From the sequence record NC_048046.1: a DNA stretch of 64,000 nt. One strand, written 5' to 3'. Under the pieces are notes generated by a model. That model saw nothing but the letters and a program-made list of their open reading frames with translations, was not told the origin of the DNA and ran no database searches. The translations under genes were made by a program, and so were the position numbers. Below are positions 46,122 through 54,266 of the stretch, in pieces (position 1 is the stretch's first letter; every line of letters starts with the position of its first letter).

Positions 46122-46160
46122 CGCGCAGAGGATGTCGCGTGTAAAGAAACCTCTGACGAA
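46118..46160 (+). promoter_or_regulatory. promoter with inverted class B box
   Basis: TTGACG; TGTAAAGAAAC at 46140-46150 = reverse complement of GTTTCTTTACA. Confidence 0.6.
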
Positions 46161-46173
46161 TAAGGGAGGCCAC

Positions 46174-46518
46174 ATGTCACTTCGCCAGATCATCGACTGG
46201 TTCCTGGAAATCCAGGACGATTATCTGTTCGACGAGTCGCTCGGACACCCCTCGTATGATGAACTGCGCGCGATCGGGCTGGGTGCAGGCCTTTCGGACG
46301 CGATCGCCGCACAGCACATCTTCCCCTTCTTGCGCCAGAACCAAGACTTCATCCGCGCGAAGCTGCCCGCGTATCGCAACGCGCCGCTGCCGAAGGTGGG
46401 CCTGCTGACCCGCATCCTCTTCAGCGATCGGCTGCTCTGGGTGCTCCTCATTGTCGGGATCACGCTCTGCCTCTACACAGACGCCTTGGACGGCAAGATC
46501 AACGGGATCATGGGGTGA
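46174..46518 (+). CDS. membrane-anchored hypothetical protein
   Basis: RBS GGGAGG; C-terminal TM. Confidence 0.7.
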   Translation: MSLRQIIDWFLEIQDDYLFDESLGHPSYDELRAIGLGAGLSDAIAAQHIFPFLRQNQDFIRAKLPAYRNAPLPKVGLLTRILFSDRLLWVLLIVGITLCLYTDALDGKINGIMG

Positions 46519-46658
46519 TGCTGGACTTCCTGAAGGAACTCCAACGGCGGTTCGAACACGAGATCGAGACGAACGCCGCGTTCTTCTGGTACATCGTCGC
46601 GACGGGCGCCGTGAACGTTGTGATCTTTGTCTGGCTGATGGGCGTGGTCTTCGGCTAA
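46518..46658 (+). CDS. small membrane protein, 46 aa (not in ORF track)
   Basis: TGATG coupling; AFFWYIVATGAVNVVIFVWLMGVVFG. Confidence 0.65.
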   Translation: MLDFLKELQRRFEHEIETNAAFFWYIVATGAVNVVIFVWLMGVVFG

Positions 46659-46660
46659 CT

Positions 46661-46789
46661 GTCCAAATGTGGCCGACGACAGCGGTTTAGCGGTCAGATT
46701 TGGCCACCCGTGGACAATTGCGTAAGCACCTGTATGTGGGTCTTTACGACCCTGGGCGCGGCCCAATCACCCATATAAAGCACATTGTC
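46661..46789 (+). ncRNA. putative structured RNA, multi-hairpin
   Basis: GTGGCC/GGCCAC, TGC-GTAA-GCA (GNRA), GGGTC/GACCC, GGGC/GCCC, ACAAT/ATTGT stems. Confidence 0.45.
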
Positions 46790-46842
46790 GACCGGAGGTC
46801 CGCCGGCGGCAGCCGGTCACGAGGGCCGGAGGCGCGAGTGAT
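46790..46842 (+). repeat. 53-nt GC-rich hairpin repeat, copy 2
   Basis: 48/53 identical to 33896-33948. Confidence 0.85.
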
Positions 46843-46862
46843 ATCTTGACGGCGGGATCGAG

Positions 46863-46925
46863 ATCAGCGAGAGTGAAGCTCTTAGTAGGGGTGGTAGCCT
46901 GCTGGGTATCCTTTGGGATGTTGAT
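46863..46925 (+). ncRNA. cloverleaf-shaped small RNA (not a canonical tRNA)
   Basis: ATCAGC/GTTGAT closing stem with three hairpins AGAG/CTCT, TAGTAGG/CCTGCTG, ATCC/GGAT. Confidence 0.5.
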
Positions 46926-46927
46926 GG

Positions 46928-46964
46928 AAACGGGAGGGCGGTCTTCGGGCCGCCCTCTTCGTTT
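46928..46964 (+). terminator. strong hairpin, probable terminator
   Basis: GAGGGCGGTC-TTCG-GGCCGCCCTC then TTCGTTT (cUUCGg loop). Confidence 0.8.
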
Positions 46965-46974
46965 GCGCCGAGAG

Positions 46975-47005
46975 TTGACAGCCGGCGCCGGTCTCGCTTA
47001 TCCAT
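46975..47005 (+). promoter_or_regulatory. class A phage promoter
   Basis: GAGAGTTGACAGCCGG...CTTATCCAT. Confidence 0.7.
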
Positions 47006-47010
47006 GAGCC

Positions 47011-47400
47011 ATGCCGTACTCACTCGACGCCATCGCCAATCGTGTCCGTATGGCGGACCCGAACCTCCTGCATCTCAGCCTGGAAGCAGACCTGCTTCAT
47101 ACGCTTCTGCACCAATCGGAGTGGCCTCCCGAGTGGCATCACTTCATGCGCTTCAACCCACTCGATCGCCTGGACTCTGCCGTCAGCCTGATCGAGCGCT
47201 TCTTCCCCGGATGGGACTTCGGCGTCCAGTATCGTTTCGACGACAAGACGGACGAGAAGTTCGCGAGCGCGGTCCTATCAACGCCGAACGGCACCACGGT
47301 CTACTCGGAAGAGGTGCGCGGAGGCTGCATCGCTATGCCGAAGGCAATTTGCCTCGTACTCCTGCGCGGGTTGAAGGATCAGCTTTCGCACGCGGCTTGA
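47011..47400 (+). CDS. hypothetical protein
   Basis: ORF between promoters. Confidence 0.65.
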   Translation: MPYSLDAIANRVRMADPNLLHLSLEADLLHTLLHQSEWPPEWHHFMRFNPLDRLDSAVSLIERFFPGWDFGVQYRFDDKTDEKFASAVLSTPNGTTVYSEEVRGGCIAMPKAICLVLLRGLKDQLSHAA

Positions 47401-47438
47401 CGATCACCGTACATTTCTTTACACGGGTCCTGACGATC
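47397..47438 (+). promoter_or_regulatory. class B phage promoter
   Basis: TTGACG..ATTTCTTTACA..GACGATC. Confidence 0.75.
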
Positions 47439-47455
47439 AATCAGAGGAGACCCGC

Positions 47456-47647
47456 ATGCAGATCGGTAACATGAGTGACGTCGGCCGGGATAATGACCTG
47501 CTCGACCTCATTCTCCAACTTCTGAAGGCTTCGGGCGACATCGACCACGTGCCGCGCGACGCGGAGTACGTGGAAGCGTACGGCGCCGCCGTCAACGTAA
47601 CGCTGGCCGACGGCCGCACCGCAACGATCCTGGTCTCGGTCGACTAA
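47456..47647 (+). CDS. hypothetical protein
   Basis: RBS AGGAG. Confidence 0.7.
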   Translation: MQIGNMSDVGRDNDLLDLILQLLKASGDIDHVPRDAEYVEAYGAAVNVTLADGRTATILVSVD

Positions 47648-47648
47648 C

Positions 47649-48266
47649 ATGACCGAGATCACCTATCGTCAAGCCAAAGAACGCCTGAGCGCGCCGGACG
47701 CGGACCTCAGCAGCCTACGGGCTGAACTCGCGGTCCTGCTGGACGCGATCGACAACAATCACTTTCCGTACGATCCCGAGCGGCCCTTCTGTCAAGGGTT
47801 CGTGCTGTGGACTCACCCCGATGATCCCAAGAAGCAGGTCACCGTGCGCAACGGGCAAATCACCTGCGTCGACTTCGCCCACCACAGTATCTCGGCCAAG
47901 ACCCTGTGGATCAGGGAGACTTCGGAACAAGAGCAATACGCACGTCTGGAGATCGGCGGCGTCGAGTCCGACGATAAGGCCATCGAGTTCAACTTCAGTG
48001 AAGTGCTCGCCGGCCTAGAAGACATCATCGGCTGCAAGGTTACGTCCAAGGTCTGCTACGGCTTCGACGGCTTCTACCAACTCGGGTTCGAGCGCCAGTT
48101 CAAGCGCTGGGATCGCCAGCGTCTGCGCGCCGAGCAGGTCGTCTCGCTCATGCAGAAGTACGACTGCGCTTTCGGTCGTACCTTCGTGGAGGTGACGACG
48201 GGTCGAATCGATCTGACGATCCAACTCCACAAAGGTGAGCACGGGAACTACACCAAGAAGGGTTGA
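47649..48266 (+). CDS. hypothetical protein
   Basis: ORF in gene run. Confidence 0.7.
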   Translation: MTEITYRQAKERLSAPDADLSSLRAELAVLLDAIDNNHFPYDPERPFCQGFVLWTHPDDPKKQVTVRNGQITCVDFAHHSISAKTLWIRETSEQEQYARLEIGGVESDDKAIEFNFSEVLAGLEDIIGCKVTSKVCYGFDGFYQLGFERQFKRWDRQRLRAEQVVSLMQKYDCAFGRTFVEVTTGRIDLTIQLHKGEHGNYTKKG

Positions 48267-48305
48267 CGCTCACGTGGTGTTTCTTTACAAGAACCCGTGA
48301 CGATC
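48263..48305 (+). promoter_or_regulatory. class B phage promoter
   Basis: TTGACG..GTTTCTTTACA..GACGATC. Confidence 0.75.
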
Positions 48306-48335
48306 ACAGATTGCTGTGCAATCCAGGAGGACCCG

Positions 48336-48902
48336 ATGACCAAAGACCCCTTCCGCGACGCCCAGGGCAACCGCCAAATCCAGATGAAGGAGGGCAAGCC
48401 GACCTATCGCGGGTACACGATCGAGCCAAAGAAGGATTTCGGCCAGTACGGCTATCACGTCGGCCCGTTCGTCTACGATCGTGGCTGGGTCGTGACCGAC
48501 GGCGGCATCATCAATGTCATGCCGGGCGCGGCGTGGTTCACCACCCACGACGACGCGATGCGCGCGATCGACGATCTGATCGCGAGCAAGGACTTCGTGA
48601 TGGACGGCGAGCATCCGTTCTGGGCCTACATCCGTCTACGCCGCGCCGCCGAAGAGCGCGCCCTGGAACTGGCGCTGGCGCTGAACGCCTTGGTCGAGAC
48701 GTCGGAGGCCTCGATCGAGAAGCCGATGGTGACGATGCCGGCGCTGGTCAAGGCGCGGATGTGGGCGCGCAAGCTGCTCAATGAGATCGACGACAACTGC
48801 GATCGCCGCGACACCGTGCTCCATCAGGACGGAAGGCGTGAACGCCTGGGCGTCAAGAAGGGCGGCTACTTCAGCCTGCCGATGAAGAAGGTGGAGGCCT
48901 AG
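48336..48902 (+). CDS. hypothetical protein
   Basis: RBS AGGAGG. Confidence 0.75.
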   Translation: MTKDPFRDAQGNRQIQMKEGKPTYRGYTIEPKKDFGQYGYHVGPFVYDRGWVVTDGGIINVMPGAAWFTTHDDAMRAIDDLIASKDFVMDGEHPFWAYIRLRRAAEERALELALALNALVETSEASIEKPMVTMPALVKARMWARKLLNEIDDNCDRRDTVLHQDGRRERLGVKKGGYFSLPMKKVEA

Positions 48903-49321
48903 TGGATCGCCGTCCGCTCTATCGAACCGATCTCGCAAACGCCCTGAACAAGTTGTTCGGCGAGGCGCCGGCCGATGTGCTCGACGTCTTGATGGAGTCG
49001 ATCTCCAAACGCATTGAGTCGGACGATCGTAGTGTCGAGGCGCATTACCAGCAGGCGATCGACTACGGGAAGCAGATCATGGTCGGACACGAATACGAGA
49101 ACGAGGCGTTCAAGGCCTTACTAGACTCGTATCACAGCAAGCCGGATGCCAAAGCGACTCTGCACGCCTTCCTCGAAAAGTGGTACGACGCTGACAACCG
49201 GCTCGACTGCGTGTCGCGCGACTGGCACGATCCGAACTGCGCTACGCTGAGCTTCTTCGAGCGTCGCGAAAAAGAAGCGGCGGCGCGTGCGACCAGAGCC
49301 CGTCAGGCCGCCGAGCAATAA
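48902..49321 (+). CDS. hypothetical protein
   Basis: TAGTG coupling. Confidence 0.6.
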   Translation: MDRRPLYRTDLANALNKLFGEAPADVLDVLMESISKRIESDDRSVEAHYQQAIDYGKQIMVGHEYENEAFKALLDSYHSKPDAKATLHAFLEKWYDADNRLDCVSRDWHDPNCATLSFFERREKEAAARATRARQAAEQ

Positions 49322-49329
49322 AGAACCGC

Positions 49330-49373
49330 TTGACCACCTGATTTAGTTTCTTTACAACGCCTCCATGACGATC
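49330..49373 (+). promoter_or_regulatory. class B phage promoter
   Basis: TTGACC..GTTTCTTTACA..GACGATC. Confidence 0.75.
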
Positions 49374-49393
49374 ACCGCCATGGAGGCTTTCTC

Positions 49394-49774
49394 ATGACCA
49401 GCACCTTCCGTCAGGAATTCGAAGCCCGCTACGCCGACAAAGCTGCCGCTGCGCGCAAGAAGGCCAAGCCGCATGCCCGCAAGGCCGGCGATGAACTGCT
49501 CAAGCTGGGCGCTCCGGTCTATTTCCATCTCGCCGGCGAGCACGGCACCCACTTCATCATCGGCGCCGAACTGCGCGACAGCGACGACAGCCTCTTCTGC
49601 GACTACTACCAGGAAGACGTGCGTGAGCGCTGGGACCGCGAGGACGTGCCGGTCGGCGAGCGTAAGATTCTGAACGCCATGGGCATCAAGACCGAGGTCC
49701 ACGATGTCCTGAAGAAGCACGGCCTCTATGCCGAGTGGATCAACCCCGGTCAGGTCGGCGTCTACGATGCGTAA
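49394..49774 (+). CDS. hypothetical protein
   Basis: RBS GGAGG; HGLYAEWINPG motif. Confidence 0.75.
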   Translation: MTSTFRQEFEARYADKAAAARKKAKPHARKAGDELLKLGAPVYFHLAGEHGTHFIIGAELRDSDDSLFCDYYQEDVRERWDREDVPVGERKILNAMGIKTEVHDVLKKHGLYAEWINPGQVGVYDA

Positions 49775-50039
49775 GCTGATCGCCAAGGTCTCCGACACCT
49801 ACAATGCGTGGCGCGACGCCCGGACGCCGCGCTACGTCGGCCGCATCCGCTGCCCGTACAAGCAGTACAGCCCGTTTACCGGGCTCTATCATAGTGGCGA
49901 GGACTTCATCCACTTCTACCGCACGCCGAAAGGTAAGCGGTCGGTGAAGGTCACGGACCGACAACTGATGATGCAGCCGGCGGTGCAAGCCTTCCTGCAT
50001 AACGGGACGCTACCGTGTTCGGCACAGTTCCCTCAATAA
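49767..50039 (+). CDS. hypothetical protein
   Basis: overlapping ORF. Confidence 0.65.
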   Translation: MRKLIAKVSDTYNAWRDARTPRYVGRIRCPYKQYSPFTGLYHSGEDFIHFYRTPKGKRSVKVTDRQLMMQPAVQAFLHNGTLPCSAQFPQ

Positions 50040-50044
50040 GGCGC

Positions 50045-50086
50045 TTGACGCTACCAGTGTGTTTCTTTACAAGCCTCCTCGACGAA
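50045..50086 (+). promoter_or_regulatory. class B phage promoter
   Basis: TTGACG..GTTTCTTTACA..GACGAA. Confidence 0.75.
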
Positions 50087-50100
50087 ACGAGGAGGCACCC

Positions 50101-50646
50101 ATGAGCGACCACTGGCCCGAGACCCGCGACGAACTGATCGAGCGCTTCTGCGCGCCCGACCACAACGGCCGGATCGCGATCGAGGATCGTGAACTGTTCA
50201 CGCGGTTCGTCGACAAGGCGCTCACGATGCCGGATCAGCGCTACACCTACGCCTTTTCGGACGATCCGTCCAAGCAACCGCCGGTGACGCCGTCGGCGCT
50301 GTGCAATGTGATCTATGACCGAGCGTTCTTCCTGAGTGCGGATACTGGCTGGATCGATCGCGAGGGCAACTTCTACGGCTGCGGTTACGCCAGTCACGAA
50401 CGCCTGCTGGAATGGATGGACATGAACTCCATCGAGCAGGAGCAAGAGGGCTGGATCAAACTGTCCCGCCGTGTCGCTCATGCAGTCTTCGCCCCTAACG
50501 ACGCGCAGATTTCGACCATCATGCGTCTGATCACCGCGATCGAGAAGATCAATGAAGGTGATACGGCTGAAGCGTGGCCGGGCGTGACGATCGACCTGAC
50601 GAAGCTGAACAACCTTCCCGAACTGCCGCGCAAGCGGCGCGCCTAA
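50101..50646 (+). CDS. hypothetical protein
   Basis: RBS GGAGG; TGWIDREGNFYGCGYASHE. Confidence 0.75.
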   Translation: MSDHWPETRDELIERFCAPDHNGRIAIEDRELFTRFVDKALTMPDQRYTYAFSDDPSKQPPVTPSALCNVIYDRAFFLSADTGWIDREGNFYGCGYASHERLLEWMDMNSIEQEQEGWIKLSRRVAHAVFAPNDAQISTIMRLITAIEKINEGDTAEAWPGVTIDLTKLNNLPELPRKRRA

Positions 50647-50654
50647 GGACCAAC

Positions 50655-51509
50655 ATGACCAAGCCGATCTGGATTCTGGAAACCAACGTCTTCGCCGAAG
50701 TGTGCTTCGATGCGATGGTCGCGCACCTGACCGCGTCCGGCATCGAACATCACCTCGTGCGCGTCCTGCCGATGACCAGCGATGGCGGACGCAAGGCGCC
50801 GGAGATCGAGGGCAAGACCCCGGTGCTGCCGGCCGGCGCACCGGTCGTGGTCTATGGTTCGGTGGGCGTACAGGCCCTGGCTCGCCAGCACGGCTGGACG
50901 CCGGGTGTGTGGACGGACCACGAGAACTTCAACTACGAAACCTTCCGCGACAAGCTGGGCGATCTGCTGCTGAACGCAGACATGGTGCGCATGCGTCTGA
51001 GCGCGGCCGGCGACTACTTCCGTAATCTCGCGCCCGGCGAGAAGCGATTCATCAAGCCGAACCTCGACACCAAGGAGTTCGCGGGGCAGGTCATCACCGC
51101 CGCCGACTTCGACGTCTGGCTCGCTGGGATGATCGATACGGGCTATCTGACCAAGGACAGCGACTTCGACGTGGTGATCGCCGCACCGAAAGACCTGGGC
51201 GTCGAGTGGCGCGCGGTGGTCGTGGATGGCAAGGTTTCGTCCTGCTGCATCTATCGGCAGTGGCAACGCGTGATGCCGGAACTGCACATCCTGCCCGAGG
51301 TCGAAGACCTGATCCTTCAGGCACACGCCAAGTTCGCGCCCGGCGACGTCTACGTCGTCGACATCGCCCAAGATTACCACGTGATCGACGGGCAGCGAGA
51401 CTACGTGTTCAAGATCATCGAGTACAACACGTTCAACTCGGCCGGGCTGTATGCCTGCGACGTGGTCAAGATCATCGACGACATCAACGCCTTTTTGGAA
51501 AGGAGCTAA
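50655..51509 (+). CDS. ATP-grasp protein, R2K/DUF4343 type
   Basis: FIKP..KEFAGQV, EWRAVVVDGKV, YVVDIA, IIEYNTFNSAGLYACD. Confidence 0.82.
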   Translation: MTKPIWILETNVFAEVCFDAMVAHLTASGIEHHLVRVLPMTSDGGRKAPEIEGKTPVLPAGAPVVVYGSVGVQALARQHGWTPGVWTDHENFNYETFRDKLGDLLLNADMVRMRLSAAGDYFRNLAPGEKRFIKPNLDTKEFAGQVITAADFDVWLAGMIDTGYLTKDSDFDVVIAAPKDLGVEWRAVVVDGKVSSCCIYRQWQRVMPELHILPEVEDLILQAHAKFAPGDVYVVDIAQDYHVIDGQRDYVFKIIEYNTFNSAGLYACDVVKIIDDINAFLERS

Positions 51510-51510
51510 C

Positions 51511-51735
51511 ATGCCGTTCAAGCGTGCTTCCGAACTGAAGATCGTGGAGATCACTCCGCACGGCGCCGAACTGCGCTACGAAGCGATCGCCCAATCCGCC
51601 GGCCACTTCAACATCGTCGCTTGGGGCCAGAACGGCGCCGGCGAACCCACCCAGCAGGAGCACGCCCGTTGCGGCTCCCGCGAGAAGGCTGTGTCGGAGA
51701 TGGACGACCTGTTCCGCACGCTGGAGCGCGCCTGA
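51511..51735 (+). CDS. hypothetical protein
   Basis: RBS AAGGAG. Confidence 0.65.
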   Translation: MPFKRASELKIVEITPHGAELRYEAIAQSAGHFNIVAWGQNGAGEPTQQEHARCGSREKAVSEMDDLFRTLERA

Positions 51736-52001
51736 TGCGCGATCTGACCGTCTACGAATTCCACATCTACACGGCCACGTCGGACGGCGTCGTTTCGGAA
51801 GATGCCCAGATCGAGCGCATCCCCTGCTTCGACGAGAAGTCGGCCAAAAGCGCTGCCCGCAAGTTCGCCGCCGGCGACGGCATCGGTCCGGTCGATCTGG
51901 CGCGCGCCGGTCCGGCACCCTGGGCGGACCGCTACATCGGTACGGCTATGCGGAAATGGCCCGATTCGAAGTACCGGGCGACGCAGTTCGACGTCCTCTA
52001 A
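51735..52001 (+). CDS. hypothetical protein
   Basis: TGATG coupling. Confidence 0.65.
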   Translation: MRDLTVYEFHIYTATSDGVVSEDAQIERIPCFDEKSAKSAARKFAAGDGIGPVDLARAGPAPWADRYIGTAMRKWPDSKYRATQFDVL

Positions 52002-52009
52002 AAAGGCGC

Positions 52010-52051
52010 TTGACGCGTCTGCGGTGTTTCTTTACAAACCTCCTCGACGAA
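52010..52051 (+). promoter_or_regulatory. class B phage promoter
   Basis: TTGACG..GTTTCTTTACA..GACGAA. Confidence 0.75.
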
Positions 52052-52065
52052 CACAGGAGGTCCAC

Positions 52066-52545
52066 ATGACCGAAGCCGCTACCGCTCGGAAAGAGTTCTA
52101 CACCGCTGAGGAAATGGAGCGCATGATGTCCGCGATGTGGCGGGTGCGTGACATCGAAGTCCAGCGGGTTCGTGAAGAAGAGCAGGCCCGCGCCAAGCGG
52201 GTGCTGGAAACCGCGCTGGACGACCAGCGCCACCAACTCTACGCCGGCGCCGTGGCCAACTACGAGGCAGGCCGCTTCGAACTGACGCGGCTGAAGGCCG
52301 ATGAATACCGCGACACCTGCGCGGTCCTGGCCGAAGTCCGGACCCGCCTGTTCGCCATCCGCCTCGACTACAGCGATGCTGATGGCGCCTACACCGTCAA
52401 GGCCCTGATCGGCCGCCAGAGCTACTGGCCGGCACGCAAGCTGGAGAAGGAGTTCTCCACGCCCTCCGAGGCCTGGACCTTCTACCAACGTGTGATCGAC
52501 AAATTCTACGACCAGGAGAACTTCTCCTGTCAGGTCGATTACTAA
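52066..52545 (+). CDS. hypothetical protein
   Basis: RBS AGGAGG. Confidence 0.75.
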   Translation: MTEAATARKEFYTAEEMERMMSAMWRVRDIEVQRVREEEQARAKRVLETALDDQRHQLYAGAVANYEAGRFELTRLKADEYRDTCAVLAEVRTRLFAIRLDYSDADGAYTVKALIGRQSYWPARKLEKEFSTPSEAWTFYQRVIDKFYDQENFSCQVDY

Positions 52546-52577
52546 GCCATTCCCTTTCAGCAAAGGAGTCACATCCC

Positions 52578-52997
52578 ATGCCCTGCAATTCCGAATACAT
52601 GAATCCGAACGCTCAAGAGATCGAGTCGCGGAAGGTCGCCGGCCTGATCGTCTACGCCAACCAGAAGCTGGGCGAGACGCCGGACCCCACCGTCGTCTCC
52701 TATTCGCAGAACACCTACGGCGCCCCCGATCAGTGCGACTACCTGACGTCGATCCTCTGCGCGATCTGCCGCAAGTTGATGGACGACGAGCGCGAGCGCG
52801 TCATCTATGACGCCCACGATCCGAAGGCCCGCGAACTGGCCGACTGGTGGGAACGTCACCAAGCTCACGACAAAAAGCGTGAAGAGCAGGAAGCTCACGA
52901 CGCCAAGGTTCAGGCCATGGCCGACGCGGTCGGCGGCGTCCTGTCCGAAGACCAGAAGGCTCTGCTGCGCGAAGCCGTCAACACGGGCGTGCTCTGA
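52578..52997 (+). CDS. hypothetical protein
   Basis: MPC start, LCAIC, LADWWERHQAHD. Confidence 0.75.
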   Translation: MPCNSEYMNPNAQEIESRKVAGLIVYANQKLGETPDPTVVSYSQNTYGAPDQCDYLTSILCAICRKLMDDERERVIYDAHDPKARELADWWERHQAHDKKREEQEAHDAKVQAMADAVGGVLSEDQKALLREAVNTGVL

Positions 52998-53503
52998 TGA
53001 CGGTCTACGCTATCGGCGTCGTCTCGGCCGACACCGGCCTCTCCCTGGAGGCCGCCTTCGAGGCCAAGGCCTTCTTCAACACCACGCGTGATGCTGAGAA
53101 CGAGCGCCGCCGGCGCACGAAGGCCTCCGGGGTCCGCTACCGCACCTTCGAGATGGTCTCGCTGAATCGCGTCGTCGTTCTCGACGACATCGCGATCGAA
53201 CGTACGCCCAGCGTCGGCAGCATCCCGGTCAATCCGCACGGCACGGATCGCCTCTACACGGTCGGCTTTTCCGGCTCCGTCGTGATCGACGGTGGCTGGC
53301 GTAATATGCTGATCGGCCAGGAGCAGCACCACACCGTGATGGACGCCGAGGAAGCACGTGATCGCTTCCAGGGCGATTACGGAGAAGAAGACGGCATCAC
53401 GACCATCATCGTCGAGCAGGTCATCGCTGCCGAGATCATCGTCGAAGACGAGCGCGTCATCCGCGTTCCGAACGCGATGCACCTTCTGCCGGCGGCGGCC
53501 TAA
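52997..53503 (+). CDS. hypothetical protein
   Basis: TGATG coupling. Confidence 0.7.
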   Translation: MTVYAIGVVSADTGLSLEAAFEAKAFFNTTRDAENERRRRTKASGVRYRTFEMVSLNRVVVLDDIAIERTPSVGSIPVNPHGTDRLYTVGFSGSVVIDGGWRNMLIGQEQHHTVMDAEEARDRFQGDYGEEDGITTIIVEQVIAAEIIVEDERVIRVPNAMHLLPAAA

Positions 53504-54084
53504 TGGCGACCTACGAAGCCCACAAAGCACGGCTGGTCGATGTCCCCGAGGGCGTCAGCGGCAACTGGCGCGTCGAGAAGTTCTTCGCCAAGCGATCGGC
53601 GTCGTCCATCATGGATGAACTGCGCGGACGTGGTTTGCCCGAAGGTACCTACACCCGACTGGCAAATGATACCGAGCGCTGCTTCATGAGCGATACGCCG
53701 GCCGAGTACCGCGACGCTATGTGGTTCATCGGTGCAGCCAAGGGCGATATTCTGATCTCGGGGCTGGGTCTCGGTATGGTCGTGAAAGCTCTGCTCCAGA
53801 AGCCCGAGATCACGAGCATCACCATCCTGGAACTCTCCAAGGATGTGATAAACCTCGTGGCTCCGACCTATCCCGATCCGCGCGTTCGCATCATTCACGC
53901 GGACTGTCGGACCTGGAAGGCCGATCGCAAGTTCGACTATGCGTGGCACGACATATGGGCCGAGGTCTCGCTGGATGATCTGCCCGAGATGCAACTGCTG
54001 CGACGACGCTACGCCAAGGCCATGAAGGCGCCTCAGCGGCAGTATGTTTGGGGCGAAGACTTGATCAACCGAGGGAGGCGCTGA
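53503..54084 (+). CDS. class I SAM-dependent methyltransferase, spermidine-synthase-like fold
   Basis: MSDTPAE, GDILISGLGLG, ITILELS, IIHAD, FDYAWHDIW. Confidence 0.8.
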   Translation: MATYEAHKARLVDVPEGVSGNWRVEKFFAKRSASSIMDELRGRGLPEGTYTRLANDTERCFMSDTPAEYRDAMWFIGAAKGDILISGLGLGMVVKALLQKPEITSITILELSKDVINLVAPTYPDPRVRIIHADCRTWKADRKFDYAWHDIWAEVSLDDLPEMQLLRRRYAKAMKAPQRQYVWGEDLINRGRR

Positions 54085-54266
54085 TGAATGATCGTAGTGA
54101 AGATATCCTCGCCGACATGCGCCGCGAGCGCGCTGAGTGGGAAGCCCGTACGCTCGCTCGCCACCACGCCCAAGACCAACGTGAGGATATGATCGTCTTC
54201 GGCTTCATCGGCGCGGCGTTAGCGCTCGCGATTATTGGCTTCGTCCTGGCGGTGATCTGGCCATGA
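54084..54266 (+). CDS. small membrane protein
   Basis: C-terminal TM. Confidence 0.65.
   Translation: MNDRSEDILADMRRERAEWEARTLARHHAQDQREDMIVFGFIGAALALAIIGFVLAVIWP

Noticed and set aside
46846-46875. TTGACG as a promoter for the cloverleaf RNA
   Set aside because: The implied start would fall inside the cloverleaf and the -10 is poor; left unassigned.
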